DNA of 63,536 nucleotides, the filler included, from Asterionella formosa (Eukaryota): assembly GCA_002256025.1 (NCBI GenBank). It is 21 parts of 21 records of this genome, joined end to end, with 100 filler letters (N's around TTAATTAATTAA, not from the genome) between each part and the next. Parts side by side here need not be neighbours in the genome. Positions count along the whole stretch, not along the records: positions 48,543 to 51,456 come from NKIB01014649.1; positions 51,557 to 54,479 come from NKIB01014650.1; positions 54,580 to 57,502 come from NKIB01014651.1; positions 57,603 to 60,524 come from NKIB01014653.1; 17 more parts are not named here. One strand, 5' to 3'. Numbering within the stretch: position 1 is the first letter of the stretch; the number at the start of each line of letters is the position of its first letter. This document shows positions 49,221 through 60,624 of the stretch, one piece after another. Below the pieces are notes generated by a model, which saw only the letters and a program-made list of their open reading frames with translations, had not been told where the DNA came from and made no database searches. Made by a program: the position numbers and the translations under genes.

Positions 49221-51456
49221 TGTTGAGCGATCCTGCACATCGATATAGATGTATATAGGGTTAGGGTTATATCAAATATATCAGAACTCGACTAACACCT
49301 ATTGTATCCTTAAATGTCAACTTGGGATACATAAGATTAATTAGCTCATATATTCAACAAATACTACTACTTCTAGTTAGATACTTCACTTTGAATTCAA
49401 AAAGAGTCCAATTAGAAGAAAACAAACATGGCAATGTATTCAAGGGTTCCTGTCATTCCTTTGATCAAAGATTACAATGTATTGACTATCAAGACTAAAA
49501 CATTCAGAGTTGCTTTAACCGGTGGAAGGTTTGAATCTTTTGATCAAGATATAATCAATGGAAGCTCTGTGGAAGCATTGTTGATTGGAGTGAATCAATT
49601 TCGTGACATGGCTAACACATGTGCCTTTAGCCCTGCAGATACCTTTTCCTACTTTAAAAGGTGTTTAACTGACATTGCCTTATCAGATTGGTTGAATGTG
49701 GAAGTACACCCAGAAGATCAATCCTACGATAGTTTTGATGAAGCAATGACTTTATTGTTAGATGATCGTTTACCAAACAAGAGTTTTCAACGTCAACGAC
49801 AATGGATGCTATGCTACTTGTCTAAACCCTTTTCTACGAGTATTATTTGATAGTGGAGGATCCTTATCCTTAATAAATGAACGGGTTGTGCCTCAAGGTA
49901 TTTCTTTGTCTAACGACACTTCCCAATTAATACATACCATAGCTGGTACTTATTCATCTCATGTCAGTGTTATTTTATATGACCTGATTCTACCTGAATT
50001 TAATCGATCTGCTCGTGTTTTACAACAAAAGTGTCAAGTTTTTAATGGTCTATGCACATTTGATGCTATTTTAGGACGTGATTTCCTTCGTCAAGTTGGT
50101 TTAACCATTGATTTCGTAAATAACACCATGTCCTGTATGGATATGACTGTTCCTATGCATTCTCTCACATTCTTTGATGATGGAGAACGTTTACGTGATG
50201 TATCATTATATTTTGATGCACCTATGATTGTGGAATCTTCATATGCGCTGGAAATTAAAGCTGCTGAATATAATTATGTGAATATTGATACAGTGGTGAA
50301 TAAACAGATGCATTTAACAACAATGCAACGATCATGTTTGCGAACTATATTGGTTACATATCAAACATTATTTGATGGAAAATTAAAAGTGTATGCTCAT
50401 AAACAGGTACATTTGGAATTGTTATCAAATGCCATCCTTCGTCATCAGCGAGCGTATCCTGTCGCTCATATTCATTTAGAAGTTTTCAAAACCGAATTAC
50501 AACGGTTGTGTGATATTCTTGGAGTCCTACAAAATGTGGTGCCTCTAAATGGGCGTCTCCCACTTTTATTATTCCTAAAGGGATGGAAGTGTCCGATGGG
50601 TATCAGATTTTCGTGAACTCAATAAATTCATCAATCGCAATATATATCCGTTGCCTCGGATACAAACTATTCTCACTAAACGTTCTGGATATGTATTCTT
50701 CACCAAATTGGATGTTTCTATGCAATACTATGCTTTCGCTTTAATTGTGGAGAGTCAAATTTATGCGTTATTTCCACTCCATTTGGTTTATATAAATATT
50801 TACGTCTCCCTATGGGGGTGAAACAATCATCTGATATAGCACAAGAAACTATGGAACAGATTCTTAGTGATTTAGATGATGTGGAAATTTATATTGATTA
50901 CGTGGGTTGTTTTTCAATGAATTTTCCGGATCACATTCATTTATTGGATACTATTTTACATCGTTTACAGGCAATTGTTTTACAATTAATCCATATAAGT
51001 GTGAATGGGCAGTCCAAGAGACAGATTGGTTAGGCTATTGGTTAACTCCTAATGGACTGAAACCTTGGTCTAAAAAGGTCCAAGCATTGATTAATATGTC
51101 TTCACCTACCAATCTTAAACAAGTCAGATCATTTCTTGGTGCTGTTACGTACTATCGAGACATGTTTCCTAGACGATCTCATGTTCTTGGACCACTTACA
51201 GATTAAATCGGAACTAGTCCATTTGTTTGGTTACCTATACATCAACAAGCTTTTGAAGAAATTAAAGCGTTGTTGGTTGCAGATACACTCATGCGTTATC
51301 CTGATCACAATCTTCCTTTTCATGTCTTTACTGATGCCTCTGATTATCAATTAGGGTCGGTCATTATGCAAAATGATCTCCCAGTTGCTTATTATTCTCG
51401 CAAATTATCTGCTGCTCAAAAGAATTATACTACTATTGAAAATGAATTACTTTCTG
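49221..51456 (+). mobile_element. Degenerate Ty3/gypsy retrotransposon (putative 5' LTR 49221-49388, partial gag, protease, RT, RNase H)
   Basis: Protease LFDSGG..S / [40 protein letters not shown] (mutated YIDD); RNase [27 protein letters not shown]. The LTR start is tentative. Confidence 0.93.
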
Positions 51457-51556
51457 NNNNNNNNNNNNNNNNNNNNNNNNNNNNNNNNNNNNNNNNNNNN
51501 TTAATTAATTAANNNNNNNNNNNNNNNNNNNNNNNNNNNNNNNNNNNNNNNNNNNN

Positions 51557-51973
51557 AGCATGGCCATAAAAGGAGAGCAAGGTTTCTCTACTCACAACAA
51601 GTACAATTTTGGGTTTTATCTTTCTCAGATTCCAGCAAATCGCAAAATTATTGCGATTCGTACCGAACACTTGAACGATGACTGGAATTCGGCAGAGAAA
51701 GCTTTAGGAGGAAATCATTCAATCCAAACTCCCTTTGAAAAAAGGAATGTTTCTGCGAAAAAGGAAGATCCCTTGTCACCACTTGCAATCGCCAATCTCT
51801 GTGAAGCCTTATGTGAAGAATTTCAGGTCTACAAAAGGATTCTTAGACAAGCCGAGAATATCACTCCGGAGCAAGAAGCCCTCTCAATCGCCGAAGTTCA
51901 AGAAAGTTGTCCCCTTGAGCCAAGGAAGATTCGGTCTTGTCAACGTACTGCCCGGTCTGACTCAGAATCTTAG
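51557..51973 (+). CDS. C-terminal fragment of a diatom-type protein (sulfotransferase-like family tail)
   Basis: Open from the contig edge. IRTEHL.DDW..AE..LG and LS.....NLC.ALCEE.QVYK.IL..A.N recall diatom sulfotransferase-family C-termini. Confidence 0.45.
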   Translation, partial: SMAIKGEQGFSTHNKYNFGFYLSQIPANRKIIAIRTEHLNDDWNSAEKALGGNHSIQTPFEKRNVSAKKEDPLSPLAIANLCEALCEEFQVYKRILRQAENITPEQEALSIAEVQESCPLEPRKIRSCQRTARSDSES

Positions 51974-52403
51974 GGTCTATTCGTTGCTCGAAAACGAACA
52001 GATTAAGACACGATACAGATTAATTTAGTTCTTGCGTCCTGCCTCTACCTGCGGGTTTCCTACAAAGTTGAATTACTATGTATGCGTGTTGGCATCGTCG
52101 AATCAAAAGGTGGTTGCGGCGCACTCCGAAATTCATACATTACTTCAAGGATTACTGAAAATTCCGCAGGTTTTCTATGGTTCTTGCTGGAAGGTTGGAT
52201 CCTAAAGCATTTCCTCTGGGCGTAAAATACTCCAAGGGAGGGATTAGTACAACCAACACTATCGTGAACCCTGTAGACTAGTAGGCATCCCTATAGGTAG
52301 ACAATTACTAGTCGTGGCTAATAGTTAGGGAAAGAAGAGTGTTGGATCAATGTTCTTGATTAAAGCTGCACAGGATGTCGATGCTGGAGAGCCAATAGAC
52401 GCA

Positions 52404-54302
52404 TCAACCAGTGCCAGCGCTAGAATCCAAGCTAATGCTGGCACCTCCGAGCGCTGTCATTCTGTCAGTTTCCCACACCATGGCTAATGAGTGGAACTCC
52501 CCGTTTTCTCCAAAACTGTCAATAGTTCCTCCCTGCTGTAAGCTTGAGTAGAACTCCCTCGTAAAGACAGTTCCAGTTTCAACTTCATCCGTTGAACTTG
52601 CGCTGACAATACAAGGGACGCGTGAGGCTTCCAAATCCTTCATCAATTCATTGTACGCGACTTGCCAAAGCGGAAACTCCATCTGGTATCCAAGAGTTCC
52701 TAATTCTGTCTCCCTCCATCCTCGAATATTTCCAAGATGCAAGTCACCAAAGACCAATGTAGTTATGGGCCGCTTGTAAGCATCTTCAATAACTCGTAGG
52801 CCACGGCGCAGTCGATCAATATATTTTTCTCCGCCTGCCCGTTGTAAGGGAATCCCAAGAAGACTGATTTGCAGGTGCTCTGCTTGCCGTTGGATGTCTT
52901 GGATATGAATGTCTTGGTGTGCAATCACTCTCGATGTTGCATCAAAGGTAGTAAGCAAGATAACAGTAGCTGGCTCAGAATTTCTCGTCAAAGCACGCAG
53001 TGCCAAGAAAGAATCCTTGCCACCACTAAAGAACAGGATCTTGATGGGTGCCTCTTCCTCCGTACAGCTGGTTGGAGATCGGTATAAAAAGGCTGGCTGC
53101 TGAATCTGTGATGCCTTATCCTTGACGTTTTCGTGATTGAAGGGGCAATGCCGACAACCACTTCCACAGCACTTTCCACGTTTTTTGTGTGCCACTTCTG
53201 TGAAAACAAAATAACCAGTCTCTGGATCCTCGTATTGCAATTCGCCATGGGAGCAAGCTTCTTCGTGTCGCTTGGAAAATGATTCCATTACATCTTCCAT
53301 ATCACTAATTTCATGCTCGTCTCCACCGATGATTCGATCCCATCCCACTCCTCGCTTTGGTGAAAATTCTAAAGCCTGCAATGCTTTTGTAATTTCCAAC
53401 TGATATTCATAAGAACATTGCGCCAAAATTGATGCTCCGCCTCGTAGTTTGGGTCCAGGTCGTGCAAAGTATTGATCCCCATTCGCCGCATAAATACGAC
53501 AGCCTTTTTGCGCCAATTTCTCAAAATGCTCTTTCCATATGGCTTTGATGTCCTTGATATTTCTGTTCAGATCAAATCCACAACATGCCACCACCAGGAC
53601 ATCAGGTTTGGAAGCAAAAATGTCGTTCCAAAGAAGAACTTTGGATTTTGTTTCTGTCTTTGGAATCGCATTCTCACATCCTGCCAAAAGGACCATCTCC
53701 GGAATCCAATGACCACCATCAAAGGGAGGATCGAGCCATTCCAATACAAGTACCTTGGGACGATGGGTGGCTTCATGACTGCAATGAGTAACAATGGTTT
53801 GAATCTCGTCCATTTGAGATGAAAAGTAACTCTGGAGAGCAACACCCTTCTCCTTGACCCCACATGCTTCGGCAATTTGAACAAATGAATTACCAACTTC
53901 TATCAAATTTTTTGGAGACAAGGATACAATCTCAACAGATGGATTGATGAAACAAACATCGCTACTGGATGGTCCACACACAGTGCAAAGATCTTGAGTG
54001 AGCACCAGATTTGGTTTCGCTTCTTCCCACTTGTTTTTCAATATTGGATACAAAGAATTGATGTCTACTGCTTCTTGGACTGCCTTGTGAATAGCACCTT
54101 GGCCCAGATTATGGGCAAGTCCAGTCGCAGTCAGAATCACTGCATTGGATGGTCGTTCACATTCGTGGGTCACTCCCACGACGACATCGTCCAATCCAAG
54201 TTCATGACATATATCAGTCGCAGCTGGCAAGAGACTGGCAATGCGGAGACCACTACCGGAAGTAGTATTTGACAAAGTATTCTGAAATGAAGTGTCCGCC
54301 AT
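52404..54302 (-). CDS. Three-domain fusion: BtuF-like cobalamin-binding protein + DUF5522 Cys/His domain + diphthine-ammonia-ligase-like PP-loop ATPase
   Basis: Intact, intronless 632-aa ORF. RIASLLPAATDI...VGVTHEC, LTQDLC.VC, LEWLDPPF.GGHWIPEM, YFARPGP (BtuF/TroA-fold family); YEDPETGYFVFT..AH..RG.CCGSGCRHCPF (DUF5522); FSGGKDS, FGDLHL..IR.WRE, FPLW, D.FGENGEFHS (Dph6/MJ0570-like). Confidence 0.9.
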   Translation of the reverse strand: MADTSFQNTLSNTTSGSGLRIASLLPAATDICHELGLDDVVVGVTHECERPSNAVILTATGLAHNLGQGAIHKAVQEAVDINSLYPILKNKWEEAKPNLVLTQDLCTVCGPSSSDVCFINPSVEIVSLSPKNLIEVGNSFVQIAEACGVKEKGVALQSYFSSQMDEIQTIVTHCSHEATHRPKVLVLEWLDPPFDGGHWIPEMVLLAGCENAIPKTETKSKVLLWNDIFASKPDVLVVACCGFDLNRNIKDIKAIWKEHFEKLAQKGCRIYAANGDQYFARPGPKLRGGASILAQCSYEYQLEITKALQALEFSPKRGVGWDRIIGGDEHEISDMEDVMESFSKRHEEACSHGELQYEDPETGYFVFTEVAHKKRGKCCGSGCRHCPFNHENVKDKASQIQQPAFLYRSPTSCTEEEAPIKILFFSGGKDSFLALRALTRNSEPATVILLTTFDATSRVIAHQDIHIQDIQRQAEHLQISLLGIPLQRAGGEKYIDRLRRGLRVIEDAYKRPITTLVFGDLHLGNIRGWRETELGTLGYQMEFPLWQVAYNELMKDLEASRVPCIVSASSTDEVETGTVFTREFYSSLQQGGTIDSFGENGEFHSLAMVWETDRMTALGGASISLDSSAGTG

Positions 54303-54801
54303 GACGATTCTATCACATGTTGTGTAATTTGCTTGCGGTATACCAAGTGTATAAGCCGATTCTTTCCAGCTATTAGGCTGATTTCAGTCTAATTGATTGG
54401 ATTCAGAATGGGTTTTCAATCCCTTGCCCCTAGATTATTTCAATGGATATTTCATTTCTGAAAAGTTAATCTAAATCTANNNNNNNNNNNNNNNNNNNNN
54501 NNNNNNNNNNNNNNNNNNNNNNNTTAATTAATTAANNNNNNNNNNNNNNNNNNNNNNNNNNNNNNNNNNNNNNNNNNNNATACACGGTAATAAATTTCAA
54601 GATGATATCTAATTTTTTAAGAAACCATTTTAATATAAATATATAAATAAAATATCCTAGTTTTATTATTAATAATAATGTAGTAATAAGTATTGAAAAG
54701 ACAGCCGCCCAACGCCACACTCTCGTCACATGAAGCAATCATCCTCATTTGCACCTCCTCCTCCTCCTCCCAACCACACTGTCATTTTTTTCCCAACCAC
54801 C

Positions 54802-55962
54802 ATGGAAGACGAGTTATGGCAAGTCCAACGTGATGCTAACAAGGCTTTAGGTGACAGTGCCTTCCGTTCTGGACAGTATGCCGATGCGATTCATCATTAC
54901 ACAACTGCCTTGACGTTGGATCCAACTCACCACGTTTTATTGTCCAATCGATCTGCAGCGTTTTTGAAACAAAACGCCACATCCAAGGCACTTCATGATG
55001 CACAAGCATGTGTCAATGCTGCTCCATCGACCTTTGTGAAAGGACATTCGAGATTAGGAGCGGCATTGCAAGCGTTGGGACGATGGGGACCAGCCAAGGA
55101 GGCGTATGAACATGTCTTGCGATTGGACAAAGACAATGCAGCGGCGACGCAGGGAGTGCAAGACTGCGAGAAGAAATTACAACAATTAGTGCAAATCCAA
55201 CAACAGGAACAAGAACAAGAACAGCAAGTGCAACAAGAAAGCAAACCAAAGGATGAAACAGACCTTTTGGATGACTTCTTTGATGAACTCGAGACTGTGA
55301 CAGCGGCCAAACCAACAGCGACGACAGATGAGGTAGTAGGAACAACAACAACATCTCTGTTGACCATTCATAAAAAGGATTTGGGAACAGCGCAATCTCA
55401 ATCTCAACGATTATTGGAAAAGAATTATAAATGGCGGAATTTGAATCCATTTTATGTTTTGGATCTGCCACCTACAGCCACCAAGGATGATATTGGACGA
55501 CGGTATAAGGCATTGTCCTTGTTGTTACATCCAGACAAGTGTTCTCTACCACCAGAAGCATATGATGAAGTACAACGAGCCAAAAAACAATTGTTAGATG
55601 ATGATGATAAACTAAGACATGTTCGAGCCTTGGCAGACGAAGGAATGAAAGCAGGAGCGACGTTGTTTCAGAAACAATCAAAGTCAATGACGACTATGAA
55701 CACAGTGACGTTGTCATTAGAAGAATTGCAAACAAGAGAAACATTGCGAATATTTGCGGAAGTGGAAATGAAACGAAAAGAAGTAGAAGAACGAGAACGG
55801 AAATATGAACAACGGGAACGAGATCAAGAAGAGAGTGAGCTCCACAAAGAAAAAAAGGAACGAGCCTTTGACAAGTCATGGCGACAAGAAGAACGAGTAG
55901 GAAAACGTGTTGGGAATTGGAGGGATTTTGAAAAAAAGGCCAAGAAAAAGAGTAAAATATAG
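54802..55962 (+). CDS. TPR + J-domain protein (DNAJC8/Spf31-like C-terminal half)
   Basis: Three STI1-like TPRs (KALGDSAF...SNRSAAFL...KGHSRLGAAL); NLNPFYVL...YKALSLLLHPDK J-domain; coiled coil ending KRVGNWRDF. An upstream in-frame ATG at 54730 is possible. Confidence 0.88.
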   Translation: MEDELWQVQRDANKALGDSAFRSGQYADAIHHYTTALTLDPTHHVLLSNRSAAFLKQNATSKALHDAQACVNAAPSTFVKGHSRLGAALQALGRWGPAKEAYEHVLRLDKDNAAATQGVQDCEKKLQQLVQIQQQEQEQEQQVQQESKPKDETDLLDDFFDELETVTAAKPTATTDEVVGTTTTSLLTIHKKDLGTAQSQSQRLLEKNYKWRNLNPFYVLDLPPTATKDDIGRRYKALSLLLHPDKCSLPPEAYDEVQRAKKQLLDDDDKLRHVRALADEGMKAGATLFQKQSKSMTTMNTVTLSLEELQTRETLRIFAEVEMKRKEVEERERKYEQRERDQEESELHKEKKERAFDKSWRQEERVGKRVGNWRDFEKKAKKKSKI

Positions 55963-56042
55963 TTGTGTGCTGATGATGATTGATTGTGCATGACATGCGT
56001 AGTATAAATTTTTTGAAACAAATGGGTCAATTATATTTTTTT

Positions 56043-57497
56043 CTATTCAGACTTCTTCTTCTTGGCCTGAACTTGATAACATATTTGAATTGTTGGGAAT
56101 GGGGTGCGCCGATATTGACTTTCTACTTCAGTGGCACCCACATATTCTGGATGAAGAAGTTCTATAAACATTGTTCCAGCAGTAATCTTTTTCAATACTG
56201 CATTGACCGTAATAGCAAACCGTTTGAAACGCTGTGCATGGTAGGTATGGAATTTGGGGGCCACAAACATGGAGGTCATCATGGCGTGTTGTCGACGGTC
56301 GGAAAGAATATTGGTCCATGCCAATGGATCAATCGGAATAGACTCCCTTTGTTCCCATGCCACATGATCCGCATGCTGACCCAACAAGGACAATTCATGA
56401 ATGGCCTTCCAAATGCTAGCATAGACTTGTTCTCCCATGGCGGAATCCGTCACTGTCCAGCGGTCCCCGCTGGTGGAAGCACTTAATAGTCGTTCATTGT
56501 TTCCCTCCATCCAATCCACTGTTTGTTGTCGTACAGCCTCTGGGGACAAGGTTTGTTCCAAATCAAGAAGAATGGGAGTATCTGCCGCTGCGGAGCGAAA
56601 TAATAGCTCCAGGGTCCTTCGCCGCTCATGAATGTTGGGGATGTAATCTCCTTCCATGTCTCCATGGTACTCATAGGATGTGGTGGTCCGTTCGTCCTCC
56701 TCGGTAGCAGCAACCTCACCCAGTCGCGGTTTGGTGATTCGCTGCAATCCAGCCGTTGGAAATGGTGCATGTCTCGCAGGACTCATCATTTTGGGAGCAT
56801 TCTTGTATGTGGGATGAAAGAGCGTCAATGTCCATGTTCTTCCCAAGTGCGTACACAGCCCTTGAGAAATTTCCATGGCAGCCGTCAACATGGCCATGCG
56901 TTTGTAGTGGTACAACAACGGACAATCGGGAAAGACCAGCAAGGAAACTTCACTACGACTCCGTGGGCGCTCTGAGTCTGTATCGTTTTGCAAGACTGTC
57001 ACGATGGTTTCCCAATAAGACGCCAAGCACCCAATGAGAGTATCAGATCGACACAGTGTCATTCCCAAGAGATTCTCGTAAAGTTCATCTCCATACGCCT
57101 GGCCCACCAGGCCCGATCGGTCCGCCCAAAGGGAAACTTCATCTATGATCTCACTATCCGTCAAGTCCGACGCCGTAGCGGCATCGTGTCCTGTTAATAG
57201 CGCTTTCAAGGCGAAGGCTTTTTCTTCTGTGTACGTTCGGTTGGTCAGAAAAGACCTCCATTCTCCTTCTTCAGACGAAGGCAGAAAGTCCATTGTGGAC
57301 CTTGATATATCGTCAAAGTAGCGTCGTTGCGTGCTACTGCCAGCACCAAGACCACTACAGCAACTGCTGCTAGATGGAGCATGTGTTCGTCGAACCATAT
57401 AACGGAAGGACTGCATTTTACCGAAGGCTTTTGTCCTTTTGATGACAAGGAAATGGAAAACAAGTATGGACACGAATGCGGACAATAGAAGCTTCAT
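56043..57497 (-). CDS. Putative plastid-targeted protein with two DUF1415-like motifs
   Basis: Intact 484-aa ORF. Signal peptide ...RTKA|F plus a Ser/Arg-rich transit peptide. Repeated motif LFHP.Y...RHAPFPT / LLHPEY...RRTPFPT. Convergent with the TPR-J gene. Confidence 0.75.
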   Translation of the reverse strand: MKLLLSAFVSILVFHFLVIKRTKAFGKMQSFRYMVRRTHAPSSSSCCSGLGAGSSTQRRYFDDISRSTMDFLPSSEEGEWRSFLTNRTYTEEKAFALKALLTGHDAATASDLTDSEIIDEVSLWADRSGLVGQAYGDELYENLLGMTLCRSDTLIGCLASYWETIVTVLQNDTDSERPRSRSEVSLLVFPDCPLLYHYKRMAMLTAAMEISQGLCTHLGRTWTLTLFHPTYKNAPKMMSPARHAPFPTAGLQRITKPRLGEVAATEEDERTTTSYEYHGDMEGDYIPNIHERRRTLELLFRSAAADTPILLDLEQTLSPEAVRQQTVDWMEGNNERLLSASTSGDRWTVTDSAMGEQVYASIWKAIHELSLLGQHADHVAWEQRESIPIDPLAWTNILSDRRQHAMMTSMFVAPKFHTYHAQRFKRFAITVNAVLKKITAGTMFIELLHPEYVGATEVESQYRRTPFPTIQICYQVQAKKKKSE

Positions 57498-57602
57498 GAT
57501 TGNNNNNNNNNNNNNNNNNNNNNNNNNNNNNNNNNNNNNNNNNNNNTTAATTAATTAANNNNNNNNNNNNNNNNNNNNNNNNNNNNNNNNNNNNNNNNNN
57601 NN

Positions 57603-60524
57603 CAGCTTCTTGCACTTCAGCTTTTGATAAATGAGTCTTCATTGCAATCAGAATCATCGCAATACCTCCTGCATCAGCAATCATCACCCTGTTTTTGTCA
57701 TTATTGTAAGACAAGACAAAAATTGTTCCACAACAAACTTCTTGCACAAAAAAATTGGATGAATGAGTCATCATTGCTGACAGAATCAAAGTTATACCTC
57801 CTTCTTCATCACAAACACAATTGCACTGATACCTCCTGCTGCAGCAATCATCAACTTGTTGTTTTCATTATTATCAGCCAAGTTCGAAAGTGCTGCACAA
57901 CAAAGGTATTGAACTTTAGAATTGAATGAATGAGTTTTCATCGCTGACAGAATTGTAGTGATACCTCCTGCTTCAGCAATTGTCGCATTGTTGTTGTCAT
58001 TATTGTAAGGCAAGACAATAAGTGCTCTACAACCAGCTTCTTGCGCAAAAAAATTGGATAAATGAGTCTTCATCGCAGACAGAATTAAAGTTATACCTCC
58101 TTCTTCAGCAATCGTCACCCTGTTCTTGTCATTATTAACAGCCAAGTTTCTAAGTGCACAACAAACATACTCTTGCACATCATCATTGGGGGAATGAGTC
58201 TTCATTGCAAACAGAATCGTAGTGACATCTTTTGCTTCAGCAATTGCCACCCTGTTCTTTTCATTCAAAGCCAAGTTCTGAAGTGCTGCACATCCATAGT
58301 GTTGCATATCGATATTATATGGATGACTTTCCATCTGAGACACAATCATAGCAGTACCTCCTTCATCATCAATCATCACCTGGTGGTTGTTGTCATTCTC
58401 AGCCAACTTCCAACAACAATGTGATGATTGTTAAAGAAGATCATATAGAGAAAGCTATCAATGTTTAGAAAATATGATCCTACTTAGACTTTTCTTTCTT
58501 TTATATGATAATACAATTTGTAATTGATACAAAAAATATTAATCAATCCTCATAAATAAAACCATATTGACTACTTCCCATGTTGGGTCAATATGAAAGG
58601 TGCTCCATAACCTTTTTCTTGCACACCAGCATTAAAAAAATGATTTTAAATAGCACACTCAATTGCAACTTTTTCACCAGCATTGGAAATCATTGCCTGG
58701 TTGTTGTCATTTTTATAAGCCAAATTCTGAAGTGCTGCACGACCATAGTGTTGCACATCCACATTAGAGGAATGATTATTCATCACAAACACAATTGTAC
58801 TGATACCTCCTGCTGCAGCAATCATCACCTTGTTGTTTTCATTATTATCAGCCAAGTTAGAAAGTGCTACACAACAAAGATATTGAACATTAGATTTGAA
58901 TGAATGAGTCTTCATCGCAGACAGAATTGTAGTGATACCTTCTGCTTTAGCAATTGTCACCTTGTTGTTGTCATTATTGTAAGACAAGACAATAAGTGCT
59001 CTACAACCAGATTCTTGCACAAAGAAATTGGATGAATGAGTCTTCATCGCAGAAAGAATCAAAATTATACCTCCTTCTTCAGCAATGATCACCCTGTTCT
59101 TGTCATTATTAACAGCCAAGTTGCTAAGTGCACCACAACCATACTCTTGCACATCATCATTGGAGGAATGAGTCTTCATTGCAAACAGAATCGTAGTGAT
59201 ACCTTTTGCTTCAGCAATTGCCACCCTGTTCTTTTCATTCAAAGCCAAGTTCTGAAGTGCTGCACATCCATAGTGTTGCATATTGGTATTATATGGATGA
59301 CTTCCATCTGAGACACAATCATAGCAGTACCTCCTTCATCATCAATCATCACCTGGTGGTTGTTGTCATTCTCAGCCAACTTCCAACAACAATGTGATGA
59401 TTGTTAAAGAAGATCATATAGAGAAAGCTATCAATGTTTAGAAAATATGATCCTACTTAGACTTTTCTTTCTTTTCTACGAAAATACAATTTGTAATAGA
59501 TACAAAAAATATTAATCAATCCTCATAAATAAAACCATATTGACTACTTCCCATGTTGGGTCAATATGAAAGGTGCTCAATAACCTTTTTCTTGCACACC
59601 AGCATTAAAAAAATGATTTTAAATAGCAGACTCAATTGCAACTTTTCCACCAGCATTGGAAATCATTGCCTGGTAGTTGTCATTTTTATAAGCCAAATTC
59701 TGAAGTGCTGCACATCCATAGTGTTGCACATCCATATTAGAGGAATGATTATTCATCACAAACACAATTGTACTGATACCTCCTGCTGCAGCAATCATCA
59801 CCTTGTTGTTTTCATTATTATCAGCCAAGTTCGAAAGTGCTGCACAACAAAGGTATTGAACTTTAGAATTGAATGAATGAGTTTTCATCGCAGACAGAAT
59901 TGTAGTGATCCCTTCTGCTTCAGCAATTGACACCATGTTCTTGTCATTATTGGAAGACAAGACAATAAGTGCTCTACAACCAGCTTCTTGCACACAAAAA
60001 TTGGATGAATGAGTCTTCATTGCAGACAGAATCAAAGTTATACCTAAATCTGCAGCAATAGACACCCTGTTCTTTTCATTCTTAACAGCCAAGTTGCTAA
60101 GTGCACCACAACCATACTCTTGCACAGTAGCATTGGAGGAATGAGTATTCATTGCAGACAGAATCAAAATTATACCTAATTCTTCAGCAATAGTCACCCT
60201 GTTCTTGTCATTATTAACAGCCAAGTTGCTAAGTGCACCACAACCATACTCTTGCACAGTAGCATTGGAGGAATGAGTCTTCATTGCAAACAGAATCGTA
60301 GTGATACCTTTTGCTTCAGCAATTGCCACCCTGTTCTTTTCATTCAAAGCCAAGTTCTGAAGTGCTGCACATCCATAGTGTTGCATATTGATATTAAATG
60401 GATGACTTTCCATCCGAGACACAATCATAGCAGTACCTCCTTCATCATTAATCATCACCTGGTTGTTGTCATTCTCAGCCAATTTCCAAAGTGCTGCACA
60501 ACCATTTTCTTGCACATCCGCCCT
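57603..60524 (-). pseudogene. Armadillo-repeat gene 3' segment triplicated in tandem (973-bp period)
   Basis: ARM repeats (GGI..IL.AMK.H.....VQ..GC.AL.NLA) in ORFs 59619-60515, 58646-59281 and 57792-58406. Each unit also carries the stop codon and an AT-rich 3' flank. The premature TAA after E(S/C)AI is shared by two units. Confidence 0.8.
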
Positions 60525-60624
60525 NNNNNNNNNNNNNNNNNNNNNNNNNNNNNNNNNNNNNNNNNNNNTTAATTAATTAANNNNNNNNNNNNNNNNNNNN
60601 NNNNNNNNNNNNNNNNNNNNNNNN

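Noticed and set aside
39459..54302. Apparent vitamin (thiD + B12-related) or sulfotransferase gene clustering
   Set aside because: The genes lie on different size-sorted contigs, so adjacency is an artefact.
52404..54302. Calling the fusion gene DPH6 or an ABC-transporter periplasmic component
   Set aside because: There is no signal peptide or permease, and the architecture differs from canonical Dph6, so no gene symbol was assigned.
2941..60624. Regularly spaced TTAATTAATTAA motif every ~3 kb, and ORFs ending in X...LIN
   Set aside because: Artificial assembly linkers flanked by N runs, not a biological repeat or CRISPR array.
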